Source of the DNA: Bugula neritina | Lineage: Eukaryota > Animalia > Bryozoa | Length of the DNA stretch: 22,218 nt | Direction of reading: 5' to 3' | Assembly: GCA_964035545.1 (NCBI GenBank) | Contig: CAXIUT010000113.1 | Span: forward strand, 1 to 22,218 | Part shown: positions 10,422 to 21,066 of the stretch, in pieces | Layout: each line of letters starts with the position of its first letter | Position numbering within the stretch: the stretch's first letter is position 1 | Translations under genes and position numbers: made by a program | The notes under the pieces: generated by a model | The model's input: the letters and a program-made list of their open reading frames with translations, nothing else | What the model was told of the DNA's origin: nothing | Databases searched by the model: none

Positions 10422-11991
10422 TCCATCAAGAATCCTATAATTTTTACATGTTTTCCAATCATAACAATATATTTTGCCTCTCTAATCCCCTGATAACAAA
10501 TATTGACCATCATAGCTAAAATCAATTCCACATGCATAGCCAGCGCAGTAATGACTAGCAAATTTTTTAGCTCTCAACCTTCTAAAATTACCCCCTTTAT
10601 TCTAATATATAACTATCTGATTGTCAGAAGACTGTCCAGCAAAATACTACCCTGAAGGATGCATAGCAGTTGATGTAATAGTATGCATCTATGGTTCTGA
10701 AACATGTCTAGTTACTACTGGTACTCCATACTACCAAATAAATAATTTTTTATCATCAGAAGAACTTATAAATTTATTCTATTAGATAAATGTCAACGTA
10801 TTCACTGTACCCAAATGCTGATTGTATTACATTGTCTTCTGACCCGTCCTCAAATCGAATTGATAGATCTTCTTAGAACTTGAACCCACAAGAACGATAT
10901 TCGGGTAATGTTACGAAGGATGGTATTTCAATACAAATGGTATTCTCTTCAGATTGTATGTCGACAATACTATATTGAGATAGATAAATACCTTTGCCAT
11001 ATTAAGTATCCCAGTTAAGAACCTTATTATCAAAGGCGCAACTTACAAAGTTTTTGCCATTGTGAGAAAATTGAATATCTCGCACTGCTTTAGTATGACC
11101 AATATAAGAATGAGCACATGTCTTGTTTTTAACGATATCAAATAAATGAACCTTTCCCTCAGGATTTCCTAGTAAAAAGAAATGACCCACCTTAGGATAA
11201 AATCTCACCACCTGAAATCCCTATTTATTACTACCCACCCAACTAAACACTTCTTTCTTTGGTAAGTAACAGTTATCCCCACCTCGACGGTAATTAACTG
11301 GAGGTTCAACATAGCTGAGGCCTTTGTAGTCTTAAAAACTTCCCCAGTGAAAAGTAGAATAAGGTTAGAAGTTTTTTTATTGGATTTTAGCTTATTAAAT
11401 TTTGATTTGTTTAGTTTATTAGGCTTTAGCTAGTTGTTATTTTTGTTAAGCCGTAATAGCTCCATTATATAAATTTTATCCATAGCCTCCCCAAGGTCCT
11501 TGAAAATCATGAACAGCTGAGCCTTTAACTCTCATTTCTTTATACATTTTAGTTATTTATTTTTTATTTTTATTCGTGGTTTTTCCATAAAGTTTTTGAT
11601 AAAATTCTTAATGTTTCTCATCAATAACTTCTCCTTCTTGCTCTGTTCTTTCTTTAAACTATTTAAGTTTACTACTAAAAACCAAACTTTTAGCATTGAT
11701 ATCAGGATCATTGCAATACCCATTTCTTCTAAATTTATACATCTGCTCATTAAATTCATGAACAGGAAGAGAATAATTTTCTGTCTGGCAAGTCAATAAT
11801 GTTTTTGATCGATCTGCCTCCTAAAATGATACAAAATTGTATGCCTTCTTTATTTCATCATGTTTCTAAACCACCAATTAGTAAATATCAGTTTGAGGAT
11901 TTATATTCACATCGATCTTATCCACCTTCAACTTCTTAGTAAGTCTATCCATCTAGTTTTCACTATTGCTCTCGACCTATGATTCAGACAT
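10422..11991 (-). CDS. PRP17: Pre-mRNA splicing factor Prp17/CDC40 (WD40); 3'-truncated at the telomere junction
   Basis: Motifs FQGPWGGY, DYKGLSYVEPP, CYLPKK, GHTKAVRDIQFS, WDTEYG, EYNQHLGTVNT, SSDDK..IWEYGVPV, AGYACGIDFS, YDWKT. Intron 10970-10991. Ends at ILDG with no stop; roughly the last 30 aa of the final WD repeat are missing. Confidence 0.95.
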
Positions 11992-12047
11992 GATCTATTA
12001 TAAATAATTGAAAAAATTATATCAATTCTATCGATAATTATGAATCA

Positions 12048-12176
12048 GGGGTTGGGGTTGGGGTTGGGGTTGGGGTTGGGGTTGGGGTTGGGGTTGGGGT
12101 TGGGGTTGGGGTTGGGGTTGGGGTTGGGGTTGGGGTTGGGGTTGGGGTTGGGGTTGGGGTTGGGGTTGGGGTTGGG
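12048..12176 (+). repeat. Telomeric tract (GGGGTT)n: right end of molecule 2, internal in this window
   Basis: 129-nt perfect array 56 nt upstream of the PRP17 ATG; ends TTGGG and abuts mid-CDS sequence. Confidence 0.97.
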
Positions 12177-12177
12177 C

Positions 12178-13908
12178 CGGCAATCTGAAGTCTTTAACTA
12201 TCACAAAGACAGTGATGTCGAAGACTCCTTGCTAATTACTCCAAAAAGTGCAAAGAAATCACATCAATCAAGGACATCTTAAAATATCAAAGATGAAACA
12301 AGTCATTTAGATGCAAATGACGATGCATAAAATGCAGTATAATTGTAGCCAATTTAAGATCTTTTGGCAGAACTATAGGAAATGGAGAGGTAATCTAAGT
12401 TGAGAAGATAAAAATATAAGAAAAAACATGTTGTAGCAAATCCTGAATCTAAAGCTATTGAATAAGATTAAAGAATCACTGAAAATACTCATAAAGAAAC
12501 CTTTATTAGCACAAAGAAAAATCCTAATGATATCTAGCTCAATAAAAATGAAAAAGATGATTAATTAATCCTTTAAGGGAAAAAGAAAACTTCACTTCAA
12601 GACCTAGAATAAGGCTAATCTCCAAGCTTTGGTCACAATATAGCTGAATAACAATAAAAAAAGCTTTAATCTGATAAAAAGAGTTAAAAACAAGAATAAA
12701 ATGATGAATTTTAATCATCTTTATATGAAAGACTAAAAGAAAAATCAAAGTTAAAAGAAAAGAACAAGAAATAATATCAAAGAGTAACTTTAGATTTCAA
12801 AACATTGTTTTATGAAAACTTATTTTAAGAACCTCCTAAAAATTAAAATGAAAATCAAAGTAATATTCAAAAAAGACAATCTATTCGTTTGAGTGATAAA
12901 AAGGATTCTATTAGGAAAAGATAAAGAATTACTTTAGATTTAAATGATTTTAAAGCTTTACTAACTGGTCAATAAAATTAAAAACAATCAAGACAAAAAA
13001 GAATGTCTGGAATAAGATATTCTATCTAAAATTCTCATTAAAACTATCAAAAAAAACATCTCTAAATACAAAAATAAATCCAAGATCATATCAATTAGAC
13101 CTAGAAGAGAGAGTTAGGGATAAATAATATGACTTATTAGATAAAAACCTAAACACAATAAATATCTAATGATATAAAAAAGCAATAAAATAAAAATATT
13201 AACTTAGATCAACAAATAACAAAAATAAGAATATAAAACTAACATCTAAAACATAAAATATAAAACAATCTATCTCGAATTCTAACAACAAAATAAATAA
13301 AATAAGTATCAACTCCTAATATCTTCATGTAAAAAAATTATAAAATAAAAATAATAAAATTCTAAAGATAAAACAATAATTATATCCTCAATTGCATCCT
13401 TGATCAACATATCTATATCAAACTCAAAAGAAATAAAAACAATCAATCTATCCTTCAAATCAAATCCAGCTATTTATGGCAAAAGATGTCTCCTAAATGG
13501 TCCATCGAACTTGGTCTTAGAATCTAACTGATAATCAAATATTTTAACTCAAGATTAGGTGAATTATAACCTATCGATATTTGTATTCGTCTTGGAGATT
13601 TTTATAAAGAAATATAAATACTAGAACTTGATCTCTTAAGTCTTTAAAATTTATATGGAGTTAAATAACTTATTCTTGATTCGAAAACTGATATAATGAA
13701 ATTCAACTTTTAAGCATTAAATTCCTTTTGTATCAAAGTAACTATCAATATGATGAAATTCTAAGAAAATAAATATTTTGAAGTTGACATTCTTCAAATC
13801 AATGCTCTTAAAAAAGATAAATAAAATTTGATATTCCACTTCTAAAGCGAAGAAAAATCAACTCTACTTAACTTTATAGCCAAACAATTATAGAAAATAC
13901 CCCATTGA
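12178..13908 (+). CDS. 5'-truncated hypothetical protein: charged low-complexity region, coiled coil, globular C-terminus
   Basis: 576 open codons starting directly at the telomere junction (RQSEVFNY...) with no upstream UTR; ends TGA 13906-13908. Confidence 0.8.
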
Positions 13909-14022
13909 TTAAACCTTTTACCTTTATTATTTATTCAATTAAAATATATAAAATATGAATAGTTATATTTATTTTATTAACCCAAAATAAACTATATTCA
14001 ATTATTATTAAATATTTATTTC

Positions 14023-14763
14023 ATGTTCTCCCAAAATAGAAAAAGAGGCCTCAGTCTCGCCCACAACCTCAACAGACAAATTCAACCCACTTAAAAAGTA
14101 CAAATATCTAGCCAATACCCCATTATCAGATTCATCAACACCAACCCAGCCAAAGAAAGAAACAGACACTCATCCACTCCAAAACCTAATGTTCATTTTG
14201 AATATTCTTCACAAAATAAACCCATTATTCCCACTCCTATCTAAATCAGAACACAATAAATGGAAATAAGTGATGTCCAACGATATTCAAGGACTCCGAG
14301 ATCATCTATTCAAAATTAAACTGAGAGATTGTCAATCATTGATCAGAACTTCAATCGATTCTAAAGATATTAAACATTTGAACAATGCAAAGAAGTTCTA
14401 GGACAAAGATTATTTGGAAATATAAAAGAAACAAGCGAGAGGAAAAATAGTTTTCAATCATCGATGATTCTTCAATAAACTCAAGAAAGCAAAGAAAAGA
14501 AACGATGTCCTTTCAATTAAATAGTTAAAATGCCTTTAGAAATATCTTAAAAGCTGAATATATAAACAAGCTAAAATCTCAAAGAAAAGAAACAATATGA
14601 TTATAAGATCAATGACACTAAAAATAATAGCGAAAACATTAAAGTATCTCAAATTTTGAAATAGTCTAAAAAATAAAAAAAGGCTAAAAGAAAAAATGCT
14701 AATCTTGATCACATGGAACAACGTCTCTTAAAAATTATCAAAATATGTGACTAAAATATATGA
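14023..14763 (+). CDS. Hypothetical hydrophilic protein, 246 aa
   Basis: ATG after an AT-rich spacer, open to TGA 14761-14763, fills the gap between neighbours; no recognisable domain. Confidence 0.7.
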
Positions 14764-14816
14764 TTTTTTCGAGTATTATTCATATATATCTAATATATCT
14801 ATCAAATTATATCTCA

Positions 14817-17760
14817 TCATCCTTCTTTTTAAATAGTTTTACGCATCTATTACCATAAAAGTTAAGTCTTTTTTAATAATTTCTGTTTACGACTTTATTT
14901 TTCTTCTTCTCCAAATACCTTATCTAGTAGTTTATATAAATTATGATATTATTCACTATTTTCAAGAACTAGAGAAGAAAGGTGTTCATAGTGTTGAAGA
15001 TGTTAAGGAGTTTTCAAAAGTTATTCAATAGATTGAATAAAATGAGGATTAATATGACGTTAAGTTCGACTAAAAGCTAATTTTGATTCAGTTGGAGGCG
15101 GCATTTATGATTGACTAAAACCAAAATCTATTGATTAATGATGACTATGAGTAACTTTATCGAAAACTTCAGTTGAAACCCTTTCTTTACTATAATTATC
15201 TTAATTTATAACACTCTAGACAAAATTATTAGTAAATTTAGGTTGAACTTCTTCTTCTTTATTCTTTTATTTTGATTTTTATCCTCCAAAAATCCTTCTT
15301 TTAGGTCTCGATTGACTTAAAGAAGACTATTTTTGTTCAAAAATGGAATTATTGTCTATAATTGTAGCTTATTTAGAAGTATTTTATAAAGCCGGTTTCT
15401 GTTAAATATTCCTTTGAATGGCATTAACTTCTTTATACACTTTATTAACTTGATTAATAATAGAAGAAGGATTAAAAATAGATTTCTTATTATCTTAATT
15501 TTTATATGATAAATTAACGTTAGGAAACTATGGCTGTTTTAAACTAACACTCAAATCAGCCCAAGTACCTCCTCCCAATCGAATACTCTCAGAATTATCT
15601 ATCAATCCTTTTTTAACTTCATTACTTAATATCTAAGAAGATTTTTTGTTATTTTTCAGCTCTCCAGAAATAGATATAGAGTTAGATTTATTTTTACTAG
15701 CCCAAACACTACCATCCATCCAATTCATTTCATTCAGTTAAAACCATTTCTTTACATTTTTATCTATCTTCTTATATTTCTATGAAGTCTCTTGATTTCG
15801 AATTATCAATACTCCAGCTTAGGTCGATAAAATGATTTTTCCATGCTAAGTTATTTCAATATCAGTTACTAAACTATGTAATTCCTATGAATAAAGTACA
15901 GTAGCTGAAAAATTAACCAACAATAAACGGTTTTTACTTGATATTATTACTATCAACCAAGAATTACTTTTAATAGAAACTATAAATTCTTATTAATCAA
16001 GTTAATGATTCAAAGGAACCGATGTAGTTTTCTTTGACTTAGTTAAATTATAAATATTCAAAACTTTCTTCTAACAACTAAGTAAATAATTACCAGCTAT
16101 TCCTATCCTCTCAGATTTATAAAAAGTAGATAAAAAATTACCATCTAATGTTATACATTTAACCACTCCCTTACCATTGACTAATATCTTACCACTGCTT
16201 ATCATTAATCTTTCAATAGGAATCTCAGGATTTATTTATTTGACTTTTTATAATTTATCATCTTTTAGCCGATATATTTTTATTAGATTGTTATCATTTG
16301 CAAGGATTATATTATTTTCCCAAGTTTATAAGGCTAAAAGTCTTTAGTCTTAGAAATTTTATAAAAAAGCTAGTTAGAAATCATCCAAAGAATATACTAA
16401 TAACTCACTTCTAGATATACAAGCAATATGATGCTTCTGATATCCTTTTATATTAATAACAGGCAATTCTGAATGCGTATAAATAATGTGTGTCAGATGT
16501 CGACAATAAACATTTCTTTTCAAACCTAAAACAGCTCCAATATCCACAGACTGTCTCGGCTATGAATTTTACTTACCATACATATGCCATAGACGTACTA
16601 AATATAAAAATTCTTACATGTATGATCGTCAGCTGCACTAGCAAAAAATATCAACTCTCCTCCTTACACTTCTTCAAGGATAGATAAACAAGTTACTTTG
16701 GCTCTATGACTCAAAATAGAACGGACAGCCTGAATATCGCCTTACTATTTCATGTTCCAAACAAAGATTGTTCGGTTTGAGTAAAGAGTTACTATGAATT
16801 AACCTACTCTTCTCGCTCCTAAACATTTAGGAAATTAATCATTTTACAGACATTACAATGGCTAATTTTAACTTAAATTTTAACGAGCTGTAGGAGGAGG
16901 TTTAGGAAACTTTCCCTTGAAAGTCAATTCATGCAAATCAACTGCCTTAACCAAAGCATGATCTCCACAGCATAGAACTACTGAACCAACTAACTCTAAA
17001 GCAACTGCGCCTTGCATCATCACATCGACCCATTTTTATATTTTCTAATAACCAGAACTAAATATACATAATAGTCCTTCAGTTGATAAGAGTACTAATC
17101 TCTAAATTCCATCTTTAGTAATTAAAACAGCATCAACGAAATCTTGAGTACTAAACTTTTTTCCAAAAGACATAGCTTTTCCTTCAAGCATAAATTGATC
17201 ATTTTCTTCCTTTTTGATAACCTAACCTTACTTAAAAGACCAAAATTTGATATAACCTCTTCCTATGGTCAACAAATCCCCTTTTGAGCAAAAAGAGCTT
17301 TAGATATAGCTTTAGAATTTCTATTTTTTGTCAAAGTATCAGCTCCCTCCCACAAAAACATTCCTCCATCTTGATTACTAATAGTCAACATATACCTGCA
17401 ATTAGTTGAAAAAACAAAATAATCTATCCCAAATTTATGACCTCTCAATATCCATAAAACATCCATTTTACCTCCTCTTACCTCAGACAAATCCTCAAGA
17501 GAATAAATATAAGCATTCCCATGTTTGCCTCCCTCGCATATAGCCAAATACTATTCATCAGGACTGACAACAATCGATGAAATGTTGTCAGAAGAATGAT
17601 GAATGTACGATATCTGTTAATCAAGAAGAGGACTATAAAATACGATCAGATTTCCTGCAGGATAAAGAAGACATCCTTTTGCCTCGGCCAAATGAGATAT
17701 ATTTTGAACTGAAGAACCCAATATTTTCTAGATATTTAAACTCAATTTAGTTTGATTCAT
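14817..17760 (-). CDS. WDR62: WDR62/MAPKBP1-like WD40 protein (~974 aa) with one -1 frame discontinuity at ~17280
   Basis: LNIEKILG..LLYPAGNLIVFYSP..SPDEEYLAICEGG..LRGHKFGI, then in the -1 frame LLTIGRGYIKFW..LEGK..EGLLCIF..EKWVD..FPKPP..LYSNRTIFVW..ADDHTLRLW..RNVY. Intron 16598-16617; stop TGA 14819-14817. Confidence 0.82.
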
Positions 17761-17827
17761 CTTATTATATTTATACTAAGAGCTTAATCTATCAATCATT
17801 CAAATCAATAGATAAATAACAATCAAT

Positions 17828-18837
17828 ATGAAAATACGCAAAACTATTCCAAAAGGATAATTCTCTTTCCCTAATTGCCGCTACGTCATCATTGACACAG
17901 ACGCAGGAGGAGATGATGCCCAAGCTATCCTCCTAGCCATCAGCTAGGCCAAAAAAACAAATAAAACCATCCTTGGAATTACATGCATAGATGGCAACGC
18001 AGCAGTCGATGATGTGGCTATCAACTGTCTTATCACTACAACTATGGCAGGAGTTTAAATACCTATCTACAAAGGTAAATGTATAAATACTAAGGATCAA
18101 GAATGAGTATGACAGGACCAACACACAAAGATTTTTATTTCAGTTTTGACGGATTTGGTAAAAAACAAAAATAATATGTTGATAAGTTAAAAGAATAAAA
18201 AAGATGGAAAGAATAACAAATTCATAATGAAGGAGCCATCTAATTTTTAGTCAATAGCGCCAATAAATATCCAGAAGACGTCGCTATCATTGCTATAGGA
18301 CCTTTGACTAATTTAGCTCTAGCCTATCATTATGACAATTCCTTTCCAGAAAAAGTGGGAATAGTCAGTCTTATGGGAGGTTCTACTTCAGCCTTTGGAA
18401 TTCGATAGTTTTTTGCAGCATAATTTAATTTCTTCCTTGATAGTCAAGCTGCATACATCGTCATGGAAGTCTTTCCGAGAGTTTGTATCAATTCCTTTGA
18501 CCTTTCATTTGATTTAGGCACTTAAAAGACTCTTAGTCTATTTGAATAAGAAAAAAGACCAATAGCTAAACTAGTTCATGACATTCATTCAGTCATTCTT
18601 TAAACCCATAGACCAGCAATTTGTGACCCTTTAGCTTGCATTTCCGTCTTCCATCCTGAAATAATATAATCTCTTTGCGAGGCATATGGTTCAATTTAAG
18701 TAAATGGCAAACGAACAAGTGGTCTTCTGATGCTTGACTGGTTCACATAAAAAATATAAGGAAAAAACAAATTATGGATCGTAAAGAAGATAGACCTCAC
18801 AAAACTTATGCAAAAAATAGATGATTCATATAATTGA
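17828..18837 (+). CDS. Inosine-uridine preferring nucleoside hydrolase family protein, 329 aa
   Basis: IIDTDAGGDDAQA, GITCIDGNA, IPIYKG, DGFG, IGPLTNLALA, MGG, AEFNF, CDPLA; intron 18075-18094. Confidence 0.95.
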
Positions 18838-18858
18838 TAAATTATTCGGTTTTGTAGA

Positions 18859-19550
18859 TCACTTAGCACAGGCATCAATTTTAACTGATCCCTTATACTT
18901 GTCACAGACATACTTGACCATGTTTGATTCAACAGCTGACTCATCACTTGAATTGTGATCTCCATTAACAGTAATCCAAGGAGTATATTTATGAGGAGGG
19001 TTCAACTTCTCAGTCCAGTCAGCCATGTCAGCTTCCCATTGGTTTCCTTGTTTAGATGATGTGCAAGCATCAATCTTGTCCCAACTGAGACCCACTTGAG
19101 AAGCACATTTTTTTCCTTGAACAACCCAGTCGTATGAATTTCCTTCAAGACAGATGATAAAAGGAATAACTAAGTTATCATAGTTATCTTCATAAAGTTT
19201 AGCAGCACAAGTTTCAATTATATTTCCTTGACATTCCTTTTCTCCATGTTGACAGGTAAATTTCCATTATGTGCCAACTTTAGTTCTTCTGGCATTTCCG
19301 TAAGGGACGAATCTGAATTGGCAAATCTTCCAGAAATCCTAAATATTATCAAATATACTTTAGTATTGGCAGCCTTGGTGAGTTGACCTTTGATATATTG
19401 ATTGCATCCAGGACAGAGAGATTCGTAGAAAAGAACGACTTAAACTCTATCATCATTTCTAGGAGTAGTCTTAGCAATGTTGAAAAGCTTGAAAGATACT
19501 GTTGAAGCAACTAATAGTGCTAGACAGAGCAAGAAGACTGATTGTCTCAT
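18859..19550 (-). CDS. GILT: Gamma-interferon-inducible lysosomal thiol reductase (GILT/IFI30) family, 223 aa
   Basis: Signal peptide, FYESLCPGC, FVPYGNA, FTCQHGEKECQGNIIETC, YTPWITVNG; intron 19339-19358. Confidence 0.95.
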
Positions 19551-19860
19551 ATAACTTAGTAGGATTTATTATGATTAGAAATATCTAACTTTGAATTTCA
19601 AATTTTATATTTAAAATGATTCATATACCAAAAGTGACAATAATGATATCATATTGTTCTGAGTCTTAAACTATTGATGTGGAAGTTTTTCGAGTTCTTA
19701 GATAATAATATTTAATAAAATGATTAATTATGAATAGATTTGATTTTTAAACACTTAAATAATATTAAAATCAAGAAATAATCACCATTAAAACTTATTT
19801 TTTATTATTATTTATATTTAATGAATTAAGTTTATGACTATTCATTTTTTTGACATTTAA

Positions 19861-21024
19861 ATGTAAGATTTAACTCAAAAAGTAAACTCCCTTTCAATCA
19901 AATAACAAAAACCCATCATTTTTCATCATCCAGATACTCTCCTGCATCAATCTTCAAAAAAACACCCAGAACAACCCGCAAGAGTAAAATCTATCCTGCA
20001 CCACCTTTAAAAAGATTCCTCTCTTATCTTCAAAAACATTCAATAACTAAAATAAATAATAACCACATAAGAACTTTAAGTCTTAGCAGCATAACTACAA
20101 AGTTCAAGATATCTATAATTCATCCAAGAAATGTGGGACCCAAATACCACAAGAACTGAAATGTACATCAACACTGATACCTACTACAGTAAATATACCT
20201 ATCAATCTACTCTAGCTGCAGCTAAAACTACAGTAGCCGCAGTTTCTCATGTTCTGTCAAATAAATAGACTAAATCTTTTGCAGTTATCCGACCTCCAGG
20301 ACATCACAGTGGACTCAAAATGCAACCTCATGGATTCTCTTTTTTGAATAATATCGCACTTTCAGCAGTCAAAGCCATCAAAGATAAAAAGGCAGCAAAG
20401 ATAGCTATAGTCGATTGGGATGTTCATCATGGTGAAGGCACTCAAAATTTATTCTATCAAAGAGATGACATTCTTTATATATCATTGCATCGCTTTGATA
20501 AAGGAAAATTCTTTCCTCATATTCCTCAATCAGGCAGTAACTACATTGGATAAGGAAAAGGTAAAGGATTTAATATCAATATTTGCTGGAATTTACCATA
20601 AAAGAAACCAGGATCAACCAGATAAGCAAATCAAACAGTTGGAGATCGATAATATCAAGAAGCTTTTCAAAGAATAGTCCTACCAGTTCTTAAATAATAC
20701 AATCCATAGTTAATTTTAGTTAGTTGCGGCTTTGATTCTGCAGATGGAGATCCGATAGGAGATCTAAAACTAACTTCGAATGGATATTTATACATGATAA
20801 AGAAATTAGTTGATCTAAACAAACCTATTTCTGTTGTTCTAGAAGGAGGTTATAATCTTTAAGTTCTTTAATGGGGAAGTTAGGCAGTCATCAGAGGTTT
20901 AAAAGGTGTCTAACCATAAAAGTAAAATGAAAAAAACTAATGCAACTAAATAGGTCTAGAAGGAATATAAACCAGTATGAAATTTATTTCCTAATTTTGG
21001 AAATGTTTATCTTAAAAATCATGA
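19861..21024 (+). CDS. Class II (HDA1/HDAC6-like) single-domain histone deacetylase, 387 aa
   Basis: HPEQPAR, DTYY, IRPPGHH, GFSFLNN, VDWDVHHGEGTQ, YISLHR, FFP, GEGKGKGFNINI, SCGFDSADGDPIG, LEGGYNL, FWKCL. No frame-breaking intron; alternative in-frame ATG at 19834. Confidence 0.95.
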
Positions 21025-21066
21025 TAACATGAAATGATATATATCAACTATGATAATATTAATATA

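Noticed and set aside
10296-10561. ORF-track GV-repeat and PT-repeat proteins
   Set aside because: Translations of the telomeric tract, not genes.
10323-12176. Telomere-bearing transposon or CRISPR-like array between the two internal tracts
   Set aside because: The tracts are in direct, not inverted, orientation, have no spacers, and enclose a host splicing gene fragment.
12040-12282. ORF-track GL-repeat protein fused to downstream coding sequence
   Set aside because: Reads through the telomere into the truncated gene of another molecule; junction artefact.
19616-19723. 35-codon ORF and imperfect palindrome (acaataatgatatcatattgt) or snoRNA-like boxes in the GILT-HDAC spacer
   Set aside because: Too short and AT-rich to distinguish from chance; no convincing C/D box pair.
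4899-20677. Remaining short standard-code ORFs
   Set aside because: Either fragments of real genes cut at TAA/TAG (6238-6453, 6616-6804, 11002-11211, 17269-17547, 18859-19095, 20320-20553) or off-frame/antisense shadows.
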